Virus genome (UHGV): UHGV-0075042
Strand: one strand, 5' to 3'
DNA: 42,328 nucleotides
From: a virus
In this document: in pieces, positions 21,173 through 31,089 of the stretch
Numbering within the stretch: position 1 is the stretch's first letter
How the letters are laid out: each line of letters starts with the position of its first letter
The notes under the pieces: model-generated
What the model was told of the DNA's origin: nothing
Databases searched by the model: none
The model's input: only the letters and a program-made list of their open reading frames with translations
Position numbers and translations under genes: made by a program

Positions 21173-21529
21173 TACTCAGCATATGTAAAAAGGCTCATGG
21201 ATGCCAGTTGCCAGAGTCGGGAAAGATAATTGGCGGACATTACCTAGGCTCTCCATCGTTAGCCATAGGTTACTCCGTCGTTTGCTCTGTCTGTCCTGCC
21301 GCTACTGGCGTGAACTGCACGCGCTTCGCATCACCAGGAGCAAAGTACAGCTACTCGCCTGTCTCGGTCGCCAGCGGCACAAAGCCATTAACCAGCTCAT
21401 GCTGACGTCGTGACATCTTGCCAGTGAAGGTTTCGCCTGTTTGGGTGGTTAGCGTGATTTGGTAGATGTCGGACATAGTGTTATACCTTCAAAGGCGGTT
21501 AAAATTACCAATGACATATAGGAGGAAGA

Positions 21530-21790
21530 ATGTCTTCGTTCAACCAAACAAGCCTACGATCATCCAACAGCCCGCTTCGCATAGAAACAACTGATAAAGA
21601 ACATGCCATTGCCCATGAGGCAATTTTGGTTGCCTTATTGACTAACGTTGCAAGGTCTGCGCACAGCAATCAGGCGCTGATTGAATTAGAAGAAACAGTT
21701 AAAGGTTTGATTAGCAATTCCAACCCTAATAGCTTTCGGATCGCTTCAGATCTCATTAATGAAGCAAAAGAGAATTTCAACAGGGGTTGA
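21530..21790 (+). CDS. Hypothetical small protein (86 aa)
   Basis: ATG preceded by AGGAGG at optimal spacing; same strand as the moron cassette. Confidence 0.5.
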   Translation: MSSFNQTSLRSSNSPLRIETTDKEHAIAHEAILVALLTNVARSAHSNQALIELEETVKGLISNSNPNSFRIASDLINEAKENFNRG

Positions 21791-21856
21791 GTTTTAGGCG
21801 CATCGTTAGGTGCGCCATTGTCCAAGCACCTCAGTGAAGAGTTTCTGTAATGTCAA

Positions 21857-22381
21857 TCAGCCAATCAGCAATTCTGGCTGCGTCACCTGCATGATGTGCT
21901 CATGCTCTAGCTCAAGAACGCGCTTCTCTTTCTTCCGCTCATTCATCAACCGGCTACCGATCGTTCCCTTCAACTTTGAGCGCGTTTCTTTGATGGCGTA
22001 GCGGTGCTGCATTTCTTCACCCATGGCCAGGCGACGGCTAAGTTGCTCAGACATCCAGTTGAACGCTGAAATGTAGCTTTCTTTGATAGCCGCAGCAGCT
22101 TTCCCGGTGAATCCCATAACAACCATGATCCAGCCATCTTTCGTCAGGCTATACATCGGGCGAACCTTACCCTGCTCATCGATATAATCAGCCGACGCAA
22201 AATTGCGTTGGCTAAACTCTCTTGAGCAATCGGCCTTAACCTGCTCGATTTTCCTGAGCACATCACCGTGTCGCTTTCCGAAGTACGTAGCAACTTTTCT
22301 GGATGTGGTAACGACCTCTCCGTTTTTAGCTTGCACCATTTCTCGGAAGTCAAAGGCCGGAATAACTGACGGATTATTCAT
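21857..22381 (-). CDS. Rha-family phage regulatory protein
   Basis: Product from ATG at 22381 (MNNPSVIPAFDFREMVQAKNGEVVTTSRKVATYFGKRHGDVLRKIEQ) looks like the Rha N-terminal domain; the longer 243-aa frame is an upstream extension. Confidence 0.7.
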   Translation of the reverse strand: MNNPSVIPAFDFREMVQAKNGEVVTTSRKVATYFGKRHGDVLRKIEQVKADCSREFSQRNFASADYIDEQGKVRPMYSLTKDGWIMVVMGFTGKAAAAIKESYISAFNWMSEQLSRRLAMGEEMQHRYAIKETRSKLKGTIGSRLMNERKKEKRVLELEHEHIMQVTQPELLIG

Positions 22382-22724
22382 AGCGTCTTTACCTTTTAGA
22401 AAGTGAGCCTGTCTCACAGAAAAGCCGCCCGAGAGAGGTCGCCACCTATAACGGCATTTCTCAGGCTCGCTTACTGAAAGGCTCTCGTTAATATGCGCGT
22501 GAGATGCGCGGTGAAATTCAGATGTAAAAAAGCCCCGCGAATGCGAGGCAAAATCTTGGTATTTGTAATGAACTGGCTCTTGTCTCAACGCAGCCCCTTA
22601 CCGCGCGCCATATGCTTAAATTCAAGCATCAGCAATGAGATGTTTAATCTGGATTCGCTCCAGAAGTAAGCACCACCCTGTCTACAGAGCCAGATGTGAA
22701 GGATGATGAGTAAAATTATCGCTA

Positions 22725-23192
22725 TCATCGAAGGCATTGCGTCCTGATGTATTCCTGAAGCGTTCTCAGTGCTGTTTGGTCGCGGATAATTCCGTCCCGG
22801 ATACCGAGAACGTTTCGTCCAGCAACTGGAGAGAGTTCGACGGTGGCATCATTGCCCATGCCGGAGGCGCTGGAGGTTTCGGCTGAGGATGGCACAGGGC
22901 ATTTTCCTTTGACGAGCACCCGACCACCATTATCAAGCTTGCGCCGAAGAGCATCATTTTCAGCTTTCGCATCAGCTAACTCCTTCGTGTATTTAGCATC
23001 GAGCGCATCAGCATCACGCTGGCGCTGCTGCATGTCAGTAATGGTGGCAGCCGCCTGCTTCAGCTCACTGACTTTTTTATCGCGCTGTTCTTTGTAGGCG
23101 ATTGCGTTATCACGGTAATGATTAACAGCCCATGACAGGCAGACGATGATGCAGATAACCAGAGCGGAGATAATCGCGGTTAACCGACTCAT
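22725..23192 (-). CDS. Rz: Rz i-spanin
   Basis: From ATG at 23192: [34 protein letters not shown] closely matches lambda Rz N-terminus as recalled. Confidence 0.8.
   Translation of the reverse strand: MSRLTAIISALVICIIVCLSWAVNHYRDNAIAYKEQRDKKVSELKQAAATITDMQQRQRDADALDAKYTKELADAKAENDALRRKLDNGGRVLVKGKCPVPSSAETSSASGMGNDATVELSPVAGRNVLGIRDGIIRDQTALRTLQEYIRTQCLR
22766..22972 (-). CDS. Rz1: Rz1 o-spanin lipoprotein (embedded in Rz, +1 frame)
   Basis: 68-aa embedded ORF with lipobox (LIMVVGC) and proline-rich segment PKPPAPPAW, like lambda Rz1. Confidence 0.7.
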   Translation of the reverse strand: MRKLKMMLFGASLIMVVGCSSKENALCHPQPKPPAPPAWAMMPPSNSLQLLDETFSVSGTELSATKQH

Positions 23193-23280
23193 GACATCAA
23201 CACCCCAACGGCCAGAAACCACGGCCACGCATCGTTGCCATTCAATGCGAGCAACGCTGCCATGAAAAAGCAAATCATGC

Positions 23281-23784
23281 TCATTGTTGCCCCCACAAAC
23301 AGACTTCACGCTCAATCTCACGACGGGTCATCAGCCCTTTCCATTGCTTACCGCCAGCGTATGTCCAGCGCCGTAGCTGATCACATGCGCCCTTGATATC
23401 GCCCTGGTTTATTTTGCGAAGAAGCGTCGATGTTCTGAAATTGCCAGCACCCACGTTGTAGACGAACGAGTAAAGAGCGCCGCGCGTTGTTTCCGGTATA
23501 TCGACTTTGATGTACGGGTTAATTTGTCTGGCGACAGTGGCAAGGTCTTTATTCAGGAGGGCTTTGCATTCTGCTTCGGTATACGTTTTACCGAGCATAA
23601 TGTCTTTTCCGGTGTGTCCGTGACATACAGTCCATACGCCAACAATATCTTTGTATGGTATGTAACTGACACCTTCCAGACCATCGTTACCACTTGGGCC
23701 AGTGATTAACACAGATGCTATAGCAATAGCCCCGCCACTTATCGCCGCTATTACGCTATTTCGTAGTGCCGGTGACATTGCCAT
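23281..23784 (-). CDS. SAR endolysin (T4-lysozyme-type muramidase with N-terminal signal-anchor-release domain)
   Basis: 167 aa; N-terminal weakly hydrophobic Gly/Ala-rich segment ([19 protein letters not shown]) then a catalytic E...D...T-like lysozyme core. Confidence 0.85.
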   Translation of the reverse strand: MAMSPALRNSVIAAISGGAIAIASVLITGPSGNDGLEGVSYIPYKDIVGVWTVCHGHTGKDIMLGKTYTEAECKALLNKDLATVARQINPYIKVDIPETTRGALYSFVYNVGAGNFRTSTLLRKINQGDIKGACDQLRRWTYAGGKQWKGLMTRREIEREVCLWGQQ

Positions 23785-23959
23785 TCAATCTGTCCTCGCG
23801 CTCTTTGCGCTTGTAGTACCAGTTGATGCCAAATGTGCCGACAGTACAAAGAATACCAATGATGACAGCCCAGTCATTCAGGGAGAGAATGCCACCCATC
23901 GCAGTCAGTCCTCCGAAGCTGTAACTGAACCATTCTCTGATTTTGTCCATACGGTACAT
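23756..23959 (-). CDS. Holin (probable pinholin partner of SAR endolysin)
   Basis: 67 aa, dual-start motif (M-YR-M), hydrophobic TM segments, charged C-terminus; immediately upstream of the endolysin. Confidence 0.7.
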   Translation of the reverse strand: MYRMDKIREWFSYSFGGLTAMGGILSLNDWAVIIGILCTVGTFGINWYYKRKEREDRLNGNVTGTTK

Positions 23960-24360
23960 GCTCTACCCCTTCATTGAGGGGATTTGCTCTATTTAATTAG
24001 GAATAAGGTCGATTACTGATAGAACAAATCCAGGCTACTGTGTTTAGTAATCAGATTTGTTCGTGACCGATATGCACGGGCAAAACGGCAGGAGGTTGTT
24101 AGCGCAGCCTCTTGCCACCCGCTTTCACGAAGGTCATGTGTAGAAGGCCGCAGCGTAACTATCACTGATGAATTCAGGATAGCCAGTGGCTACGGCTCAG
24201 TTTGGGTTGTGCTGTTGCTGGGCGGCGATGACGCCTGTACGCATTTGTTGATCCGGTTCTGCTTCCGGTATTCGCTTAATTCAGCACAACGGAAAGAGCA
24301 CTCGGTGCATTTAAGCCAAGCCCCATAAGGGAGAATGCTCTTACCTGTTGCACAGATATA

Positions 24361-24417
24361 AAAAATCCCGAAACCGTTATGCAGGCTCTAACTATTACCT
24401 GCGAACTGTTTCGGGAT
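24361..24417 (-). terminator. Late-operon leader terminator tR' (end of the short 6S-like pR' transcript)
   Basis: - strand reads CCCGAAACAGTTCGCAGGTAATAGTTAGAGCCTGCATAACGGTTTCGGGATTTTTTAT, matching lambda tR' as recalled. Confidence 0.7.
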
Positions 24418-24558
24418 TGCATTTTGCAGACCTCTCAGCCTGCGATGGTTGGAGTTCCAGACGATACGTCGAAGTGACCAACTAGGCGGAATCGGTAGTA
24501 AGCGCCGCCTCTTTTCATCTCACTACCACAACGAGCGAATTAACCCATCGTTGGGTCA

Positions 24559-24587
24559 AATTTACCCAACTTTATTCAAAAAGTCAA
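24559..24587 (-). promoter_or_regulatory. Late promoter pR' (Q-dependent antitermination; qut region downstream)
   Basis: - strand TTGACT (-35), 17-bp spacer, TAAATT (-10), just downstream of the Q stop. Confidence 0.7.
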
Positions 24588-24629
24588 TATCATGCCGTTA
24601 ATATGTTGCCATCCGTGGCAATCATGCTG

Positions 24630-25253
24630 CTAACGTGTGACCGCATTCAAAATGTTGTCTGCGATTGACTCTTCTTTGTGGCATTGCACCACCAGAGCGT
24701 CATACAGCGGCTTAACAGTGCGTGACCATGTGGGTTGGGTAAGGTTGGGGATTAGCATCGTTACAGCGCGATATGCGGCGCTTGCTGGCATCCTTGAATA
24801 GCCGACGCCTTTGCATCTTCCACACTCTTTCTCAACAACTCTCCCCCACTGCTCTGTTTTGGCAATATCAACCGCACGGCCTGTACCGTGGCAATCTCTG
24901 CATCTTGCGCCCGGCGTCGCGGCACTACGGCAATAATCCGCATAAGCGAATGTTGCGAGCACTTGCAGTACCTTTGCCTTAGTATTTCCTTCGAGCTTTG
25001 CCACACCACGATATTTCCCCGATACCTTGTGTGCAAATTGCATCAGATAGTTGATAGCCTTTTGTTTGTCATTCTGGCTGAGTTCGTGCTTGCCGCAGAA
25101 TGCAGCCATACCGAATCCGGCTTGTGATTGCGCCATCCCCATAGCAGCCATCACATCAGTACCGGAAAGAGAGTCAGAAGCCGTAGCCCGTGGTGAGTCA
25201 CTCATCATTGGGCTTTTTGGCGAATGAAATTTAGCTACGCTTTCGAGTCTCAT
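24630..25253 (-). CDS. Q: Late antiterminator Q (lambda-type)
   Basis: 207 aa, matching lambda Q essentially throughout as recalled (MRLESVAKFHSPKSPMMSDSPRATASD...). Confidence 0.95.
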   Translation of the reverse strand: MRLESVAKFHSPKSPMMSDSPRATASDSLSGTDVMAAMGMAQSQAGFGMAAFCGKHELSQNDKQKAINYLMQFAHKVSGKYRGVAKLEGNTKAKVLQVLATFAYADYCRSAATPGARCRDCHGTGRAVDIAKTEQWGRVVEKECGRCKGVGYSRMPASAAYRAVTMLIPNLTQPTWSRTVKPLYDALVVQCHKEESIADNILNAVTR

Positions 25254-25438
25254 GGCCTTCCCCTTTTGCCCTGTTTGACCATCAGGACGCCGTTAACTAT
25301 TACGTGACGCTCGCCTTTGCTGTCTCGGTTGTACTTGAGCACTGTTCCTCTTGCGCAGGAAAGCATCCTTGCCACTTCGGTCTGATTGCCTCGTGTCTGG
25401 ATAAGAAGCTCTGGTATCGTTTGAATTGTGGCGTTCAT
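25250..25438 (-). CDS. ninH: NinH-like protein
   Basis: 62 aa with GNQTEVARMLSCARGTVLKY, similar to lambda NinH. Confidence 0.75.
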   Translation of the reverse strand: MNATIQTIPELLIQTRGNQTEVARMLSCARGTVLKYNRDSKGERHVIVNGVLMVKQGKRGRP

Positions 25439-25797
25439 GCGTTCTCCAGTTCGGTGATTTTTATTCCAAGCCTTCCGCCTGGTACTTTCACGCCACGAAT
25501 TACGCGAATGTCATCGAATTGCTCGTCGTCTTCCGCAAATCCGGCGTGGATAAGGGAGTCGAGTAAACCTTTCAGGATGTTGTCGAGGTCGCGACGGCGG
25601 GAGTCCGGAACGTCTGCGATGACTTTGATACGGAGTCGTGATTTGGTGAAAATGTCTAACTTGAGTTGGCGGATGATTTGCTGAACGTCTTTTCGGTATT
25701 TCTGGCCTTTGTCGCTTATGTAATATTGGCTTCCCCGTCTTCGCCAGTAGGTATTCACCGACGGCGGGTATGGGAGCACAAACTGATATTCGTTCAT
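25435..25797 (-). CDS. rusA: RusA Holliday-junction resolvase
   Basis: 120 aa; LPYPPSVNTYWRRRG and DSRRRDLDNILKGLLDSL motifs match RusA. Confidence 0.9.
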   Translation of the reverse strand: MNEYQFVLPYPPSVNTYWRRRGSQYYISDKGQKYRKDVQQIIRQLKLDIFTKSRLRIKVIADVPDSRRRDLDNILKGLLDSLIHAGFAEDDEQFDDIRVIRGVKVPGGRLGIKITELENA

Positions 25798-26084
25798 GAC
25801 TTAATCTTCCCCTCCTTCAGCAGTATCGCCTGCGTCCTGATCACGCCTTCGAGGTGGTAAAGTCTGGCGTCTTTGTTGTCGAGATTATGGGTGCGTCGGT
25901 CGATTTCATCGTGACACGCGCTACAAGCCCATGCGCCGATCAGGTCGTCAGGCTTCATTCCCGTTCCGCAAATTCCAGCCATCCGGTAATGTGCCAGAAC
26001 TGTAGTTTCAGGATTGCCATTGCATACGCCGTAAATACGTACCTGGCATTCTCTGCCGCGCGCTTCTTTGCGTAGGTTAGCCAT
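25794..26084 (-). CDS. Nin-region Cys-rich protein (DUF1364-like, putative zinc-binding)
   Basis: 96 aa with CxxxxC...CSACHDEID pattern seen in lambdoid nin regions. Confidence 0.55.
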   Translation of the reverse strand: MANLRKEARGRECQVRIYGVCNGNPETTVLAHYRMAGICGTGMKPDDLIGAWACSACHDEIDRRTHNLDNKDARLYHLEGVIRTQAILLKEGKIKS

Positions 26085-26289
26085 TTACCTTCCCTCGCAA
26101 TTGAAGAATTGACTGAAGGTCTTTTTTAATAAATATGCGAGTGCGAATTGAGCAGTAGTTTTCCTTCATTCTGGCGTAGTAATAGTCTTTTCTTTGCTTA
26201 AGCTTGTTGGCATCCGCTGTCATCCAGTCTTTTACAGCAAACTTAATTAACCAGCGGTGGCAGAGATACCATTTCAGGTAATCACTCAT
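26077..26289 (-). CDS. Hypothetical nin-region protein (70 aa)
   Basis: ORF translationally coupled (ATGA overlap) to the preceding ninF-like gene. Confidence 0.4.
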   Translation of the reverse strand: MSDYLKWYLCHRWLIKFAVKDWMTADANKLKQRKDYYYARMKENYCSIRTRIFIKKDLQSILQLRGKVNG

Positions 26290-26458
26290 CGTCTTCTTCC
26301 TCGTACATTGAGCTATTCGGATCGCTCATCAGTTCTGCGCAGCAGTGCTCACACACGTGAACTTCCAGCACATGCAGCTTCTGACCGCAGTTAGCGCACG
26401 TTAAAGCTCGCTCGACGCTTTCTTTCTGGTATTGAATGGATTGGGATGGGCTAAGCAT
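26282..26458 (-). CDS. ninF: NinF-like protein
   Basis: 58-aa product [47 protein letters not shown] read by hand from the - strand; resembles lambda NinF. Below the ORF-track size cutoff. Confidence 0.7.
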   Translation of the reverse strand: MLSPSQSIQYQKESVERALTCANCGQKLHVLEVHVCEHCCAELMSDPNSSMYEEEDDE

Positions 26459-26816
26459 TATTGGCGTCCTGCATCATGAGAAAGACAATCATGGCAGCGC
26501 GGAGTGGGTTTTCATCTTGAGTCATATGATATGGGGTACTATCACCGCCAACTTTTCTATGCGCTGCCTTCCATAATCCATTTTCTGGTGCTGGAATAAT
26601 TCCAATTCTGTTCTCTACGATAATCGGCTCTGCGTCTGATGGGCTTTTACAGTAATCAACCGTTTTTATTGCATAACCAGTTTCGTCATCCCACTCAACA
26701 CCAACGATTGATGTTCCCAACTTTGCGATTTCGCAATCTTCGGGAGCAAATCCACAGCAAATTGCCACTCGCTTGTTAATTTCAAAATCACTTAACTGTG
26801 AATAATCCATTGTCAT
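26451..26816 (-). CDS. Hypothetical nin-region protein
   Basis: 121-aa product from the ATG overlapping the upstream stop (ATGA); longer 133-aa frame also possible. Confidence 0.5.
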   Translation of the reverse strand: MTMDYSQLSDFEINKRVAICCGFAPEDCEIAKLGTSIVGVEWDDETGYAIKTVDYCKSPSDAEPIIVENRIGIIPAPENGLWKAAHRKVGGDSTPYHMTQDENPLRAAMIVFLMMQDANNA

Positions 26817-26989
26817 TTCCTCGCACGATGTCTTAGCCACCGGATATCCCACAGGTGAGCTGTGTAATTGAAGGTTTTTACGTCAGATTCTTTTGGGATT
26901 GGCTTGCGTTTGTTTCTGGAGCGCTTCGTTGGAAGGTATTTGCAGTTTTCGCAGATGATGTCGGTGAAACTTCGTCGCTGTCGTCTCAT
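26813..26989 (-). CDS. ninE: NinE-like small basic protein
   Basis: 58-aa product [58 protein letters not shown] read by hand; resembles the lambda nin small protein (ninE by recollection). Confidence 0.6.
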   Translation of the reverse strand: MRRQRRSFTDIICENCKYLPTKRSRNKRKPIPKESDVKTFNYTAHLWDIRWLRHRARK

Positions 26990-27396
26990 TCGTACCTCCT
27001 GTCGGTAAATCTGACACCCTGACCAATAGCCCAGGCTGTTGTGTACTCGATCAGACTTGCCATGCGCTTCACGCTCATCTGCGCGCTGCTTTCGCGAATG
27101 TTGACGTATTCGCCTTCAAGCCCGGGCAAAACATCAGTTTCCAGGTTTGTTGCCACTGCATGACCGCTAATCAACAAAACCTTCCATTGTTCCGGTTTTA
27201 ACCATTTGCCGCACCATTGAACCTGACGAGCGATATCTGCGACCATCGCGTGAAATTTTGCGTTCTGGTCAAGGTTGCGCTTGTAGTCAGTAATGCGGAT
27301 GGTGACTGGCTTGTCTTTATCGAGTGGTGTTGCGAGGATGGCATTTATTGCAGCTTGCTGTTGTTGCTTAGTTCGGAGGAAGATTGTTTGCTTCAT
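26986..27396 (-). CDS. ninB: NinB recombination protein
   Basis: 136 aa; [32 protein letters not shown] resembles lambda NinB. Confidence 0.85.
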   Translation of the reverse strand: MKQTIFLRTKQQQQAAINAILATPLDKDKPVTIRITDYKRNLDQNAKFHAMVADIARQVQWCGKWLKPEQWKVLLISGHAVATNLETDVLPGLEGEYVNIRESSAQMSVKRMASLIEYTTAWAIGQGVRFTDRRYE

Positions 27397-27743
27397 CGAA
27401 AATTCTTCTCTTTAATTCCAGCGGCTCTGATAGCTTTCATTACTGCAATTATCGTTTTGTCACGCCCATCCTCATAACCCATCGCATAAGCACCTTCTTC
27501 ACCATCTTTCCAAAAGTCGTCATTCGATTCGGGCCAGTCGATATCCAGTTCAAAAGCTGCTCGCGATGCCTGCCACGTTTGCCAGTGGCCTTGAACATCG
27601 TTCATCACGTATTGACCACCAATATTACCGCTGCCAATTTCATGGTGATTTTCAGGGTAACGGATAAGGTCTGAAGATTCGCCTCCACGTCGCAACCAAC
27701 TTTCTTCAAACTGCTTTCTTGATTCGTCCATATCACTCTCCAT
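27393..27743 (-). CDS. Hypothetical protein (116 aa)
   Basis: ORF coupled to ninB start, between helicase and nin genes. Confidence 0.5.
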   Translation of the reverse strand: MESDMDESRKQFEESWLRRGGESSDLIRYPENHHEIGSGNIGGQYVMNDVQGHWQTWQASRAAFELDIDWPESNDDFWKDGEEGAYAMGYEDGRDKTIIAVMKAIRAAGIKEKNFR

Positions 27744-27758
27744 CGATGATTTTTTGGG

Positions 27759-27941
27759 TCACCAATAATATTTGATAGTCGCCATAATTATCGGTAGCAA
27801 CGCGCAGAGGACTGAAAACCGTAAAACAAAACCTACTCCCAATATGCGATATCCATTATTCCAGAGAACAAAACTCATCATCAGAAGGAATCCATGAAAA
27901 ATCGCGACAAGAAATAAACTACAAATAAATGCATTTACCAT
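27759..27941 (-). CDS. Hypothetical small membrane protein (60 aa)
   Basis: Short hydrophobic ORF just downstream of the helicase gene; weak support. Confidence 0.3.
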   Translation of the reverse strand: MVNAFICSLFLVAIFHGFLLMMSFVLWNNGYRILGVGFVLRFSVLCALLPIIMATIKYYW

Positions 27942-28024
27942 CGGTACTTACCCCTCGCTCTTAATCCAATAAAAAAGGGCTACTGTGTAAATAGCCCCTG
28001 TTATTAGCTCAGTGATGTAGATGG

Positions 28025-29401
28025 TCATACGTCAGCCCCTTGTGCATATCGTCTGCCACGCGCAGCAGGTGCATTTGATGCTGTGCAAATCTGTCTGGCT
28101 TCGTCCTGGTCACATGCAACAAAGTGTCCGTTGCAGAACCGCTGGTAAACCGTACCAAGCGAGCCAAAACGGTTTTTCGTCACAATGATTTCAGCAAATG
28201 GCGCGGCGCTACTGTTCTCGTCATATACCGCTTCCCGATAGAGCATGATGATTGAGTCTGCGTCCTGTTCAATGCTTCCAGAATCACGCAAATCTGCGTT
28301 TGTCGGGCGTTTGTTTGGTCGCTTCTCAACATCGCGCGAAAGCTGACTTAGGGAGATAACAGGCGTTTTCAGGTCTTTCGCCATCGCTTTTAGACTTCCG
28401 GAGATGTGAGCAATTGCGAGGTCGTTGCGATCTGCTTTCGGCTTCTCAATCAGGCCAAGATAATCCGCCATGATGAGTGACAGGTTTGGATTTTCCTGTT
28501 TGTGCCGTTCTGCGATTGAGCGAATTTCTTCGACCGATAACCGCGAGGCATCGACTACCCATACATCCAAATCTGCAAGCTGACTCATGCCGTTAGCAAC
28601 ACGCGCCCAGCCTTCGTCATCCATCGATGCAGGGTTTCGCAGCACGCTAACCGACATCCTCCCGGCGTTGGCAATGCTTCGCTCTGCAATCTGCAATGCG
28701 CTCATTTCCATCGAGAAAATCAACACTCCGCGCCGGACGTCAGAACCGGGAATAACGCGGCTTGCAACGCCTTCGGCAATCTTCAGCGCCAGTTCGGTTT
28801 TACCCATACCAGGACGAGCAGCGATTATCACCAGGTCTTCCGCGTTCATCCCTCCGGTGATGGCATCAAGTTCTTCGATTCCGGTCTTCAGGGTATCTGA
28901 CTCTTCTCCGTTCCTCAGACGCCTGTCAAGCGTGTCAGTGTAGTCGGTGATGATTTCCCCTAACCGTACAGGTTTAACCTCGTCACGGGGTTTTCTGATG
29001 GCTGAAAGACGATTTACAAGCTCATCCATCGCCTGACTCGATGCGTCGATGGTTCCGCTCTGAATTGGTTCGCGCATTTCATCCATGATTTCCAGCACCA
29101 GACGGCGGTGATAGTTATCCGCGACCATTCCGGCATATCCCTTCAGGTTTGCGGCACTCGGACAGTTTTTGCTGGTCATCAGGATTGACGTGAAATTCTC
29201 CTCTCCGCACGCCTCGGCAACCATCAGCGCGTCGATTAGGTTTCTGTTTCTCGCCTGCTTCCGGATAACTTCGAAGGCTTTCCGGTAGAGCGGAATTGAA
29301 AACGCTTCCGGCTCCAGCATTGCCAGAACGTCACTGGCGGTTGGAGTTAATCCACCAATCAGCAGGCCACCGATAACGCTCGCTTCGATATCCTGCCTCA
29401 T
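28025..29401 (-). CDS. Replicative DNA helicase (DnaB-like, P22 gene 12 type)
   Basis: 458 aa; Walker A GMGKT, DnaB-like N-terminal domain, RecA-fold motifs. Confidence 0.9.
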   Translation of the reverse strand: MRQDIEASVIGGLLIGGLTPTASDVLAMLEPEAFSIPLYRKAFEVIRKQARNRNLIDALMVAEACGEENFTSILMTSKNCPSAANLKGYAGMVADNYHRRLVLEIMDEMREPIQSGTIDASSQAMDELVNRLSAIRKPRDEVKPVRLGEIITDYTDTLDRRLRNGEESDTLKTGIEELDAITGGMNAEDLVIIAARPGMGKTELALKIAEGVASRVIPGSDVRRGVLIFSMEMSALQIAERSIANAGRMSVSVLRNPASMDDEGWARVANGMSQLADLDVWVVDASRLSVEEIRSIAERHKQENPNLSLIMADYLGLIEKPKADRNDLAIAHISGSLKAMAKDLKTPVISLSQLSRDVEKRPNKRPTNADLRDSGSIEQDADSIIMLYREAVYDENSSAAPFAEIIVTKNRFGSLGTVYQRFCNGHFVACDQDEARQICTASNAPAARGRRYAQGADV

Positions 29402-30219
29402 GCAATCCCCCTGTCTGCAAACTTCCCTTCACGAACTCCCGTTAACGAATCTTCTCTCAGCAGGTAATCAAAATCGGCCGTCCAGCCCGTGTCGTTGTCT
29501 CCGAAGTAAAACGGCTTGGCCTGATGCACAAACGCCCTGACATACGCTCTGAAACCGTCCACGTTTGGCGTTTTCAGTTGCGGGATGATTTTCTTCAGGC
29601 GGCGTTTGCGTTTCTCGTTGACCGCAACAGCATGTGGAAGTCTGTCACCGACTTCGGTGTTGTAGGCGTTCAGGAAGGATTCGTAGTCGATTCGTTCTGC
29701 CTTGCGACGTTCAGGTTTAACCTGCCCATCGCCGCCCCCGTTAGGGGGTAAGGGGGTATTTGTATTTATTGTCTTTTGTATATTGTCTTTTGTGTTTAGC
29801 TGACTTGGCTTATACCCATTAGCCGACTTAGCTAATGTTTTATTAGCTGTTTTAGCTAATTTTAAGCTGTCCTGGCTAATCCACTGAGAAACCACCTTGT
29901 TCACTCCGATTTTCACGCCATCAGCAATGAGGAATTTACGCTCAATAAGCTGGCGCTTGGCAGCGCAAACATGAGTGTGATGAATACCTGTCATGGCTGC
30001 TATCTGCGTGTTTGTGAGTCGATCCATCGGCTTATTGAATCCGTATGTCTTGCGCATGATAGCGAGCATCACCTTCAACTGCCGGACGGTTAAATCAGCC
30101 ATCAGCAGACTGTCGGTAATCTCGTTAGCAACGCGCATGAAACCATCTTCGGTATCTGCCAAGCGATGCTCCACGACCTCCAGTTGAGGCCTGTAATCAG
30201 CTAACTTAACGACGCCCAT
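29398..30219 (-). CDS. Replication initiator (lambda O / P22 gene 18-like) with internal origin
   Basis: 273 aa; N-terminal domain with [36 protein letters not shown] resembles lambda O; central linker overlies iterated repeats. Confidence 0.8.
   Translation of the reverse strand: MGVVKLADYRPQLEVVEHRLADTEDGFMRVANEITDSLLMADLTVRQLKVMLAIMRKTYGFNKPMDRLTNTQIAAMTGIHHTHVCAAKRQLIERKFLIADGVKIGVNKVVSQWISQDSLKLAKTANKTLAKSANGYKPSQLNTKDNIQKTINTNTPLPPNGGGDGQVKPERRKAERIDYESFLNAYNTEVGDRLPHAVAVNEKRKRRLKKIIPQLKTPNVDGFRAYVRAFVHQAKPFYFGDNDTGWTADFDYLLREDSLTGVREGKFADRGIA
29768..29880. repeat. Replication origin iterons inside the initiator gene
   Basis: ATTGTCTTTTGT twice (29768..29779, 29783..29794), repeated TTAGCTAAT/TAGCTGT units (29828..29880), and inverted CCCCCGTTAGGGGG nearby. 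Confidence 0.6.
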
Positions 30220-30401
30220 GTTTCACTCCTGCTTTGGCTAGTCTGTAAACACCAACAAGGCGCTCTGCGAACGCCCTGTTATTTGCTGCGGCTACCACTA
30301 ATCCCTCAGGTGAATCAGGGTGTCGAATCTCTTCTTTTTCCTGGTATTTCTTACGACGTTTTGTCATAATTACTCCTGTGGATTGATCCAGTCTTTCTAC
30401 A

Positions 30402-30680
30402 TCAGGCCTCAAAACTGTTGCAGCAGTCTTGAGGCTTTTCTTTTGTCAGCACCTTGGCTACTTTCTTTGCCAGTTCCGCCAATTCCTCGTCTTCAACACC
30501 CCACTCCAGCACAGCCAGAAGCATGGCCATCTTTGGGATAAAGCTGTCTTTCCATCGCGAAATTTGCGATTCATTAATCCCTAATGCATCAGCAACCTTT
30601 CGCTGACCACGTACAGCAATTCGATTCAGGATGTTGCTTGTAATTGCATTCGCTTTCTTGCGAGTACTTGTAAGTTGCAT
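30402..30680 (-). CDS. cII: CII-like transcriptional activator
   Basis: From ATG at 30680 preceded by TAAGGAAATACTTACAT (lambda cII RBS context as recalled); contains GINESQISRWKDSFIPKMAMLLAVLEWGV like lambda CII. Confidence 0.8.
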   Translation of the reverse strand: MQLTSTRKKANAITSNILNRIAVRGQRKVADALGINESQISRWKDSFIPKMAMLLAVLEWGVEDEELAELAKKVAKVLTKEKPQDCCNSFEA

Positions 30681-30737
30681 ATGTAAGTATTTCCTTAACA
30701 AATAAGAAGTTATACGCACCAACTGATGCGCGTTGTA

Positions 30738-30782
30738 TTCCCGCATTTCGGCGGGAATGAGGACCATGACTGTTAAAGAGCG
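30738..30782 (-). promoter_or_regulatory. nutR (boxA CGCTCTTTAACA plus boxB hairpin)
   Basis: On the pR transcript: boxA at 30771..30782, then hairpin UUCCCGC-CGAAAU-GCGGGAA at 30738..30757; between cro and cII. Confidence 0.65.
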
Positions 30783-30788
30783 GTGTTA

Positions 30789-30983
30789 CTATTTGTTTTT
30801 CTTGTTGCTTGGGAAAGGACGAACTTCCTCTCCAATCACACTGCCATCAGGCTTTACCGTAACCATAATGTTACGGCCTGCCAGAATGGCCTTGCTGATA
30901 GCGCACTGGATTACACCAAAGTCACTGGCTGCTTTAGCCTGTCCATGGATTTTGGCGTAATCGGCAAGTGTCATTCGAATCAT
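30789..30983 (-). CDS. cro: Cro repressor
   Basis: [62 protein letters not shown] resembles lambda Cro; ATG at 30983 preferred over the GTG at 30989. Confidence 0.85.
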   Translation of the reverse strand: MIRMTLADYAKIHGQAKAASDFGVIQCAISKAILAGRNIMVTVKPDGSVIGEEVRPFPSNKKNK

Positions 30984-31012
30984 ATGCACTCTCCGTTATT
31001 AACCATGAACAA

Positions 31013-31053
31013 AGAATACTACAGGTATTCAAAGCAATCAATACTCAGGGTAT
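31013..31053. promoter_or_regulatory. Right operator region (oR sites overlapping pR/pRM)
   Basis: Two sites with the palindromic AATAC-N5-GTATT pattern (31013..31029 GAATACTACAGGTATTC; 31039..31053 AATACTCAGGGTATT) between divergent cro and cI. Confidence 0.6.
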
Positions 31054-31089
31054 TTTTAGTTTAAGTACCTTAGCTATTAGAATTAAGCT

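Noticed and set aside
21857-22588. 243-aa extended version of the Rha ORF
   Set aside because: The N-terminal 69 codons are not protein-like and overlap the upstream intergenic region; the Rha-like sequence begins at the internal ATG (22381).
29768-29880. Possible CRISPR-like repeat array
   Set aside because: Repeats are short (9-12 bp), irregularly spaced and lie inside the replication initiator gene; they are origin iterons, not CRISPR repeats.
30402-30767. 121-aa extended version of cII
   Set aside because: The upstream extension would run through nutR; the internal ATG at 30680 has the recognisable cII ribosome-binding context.
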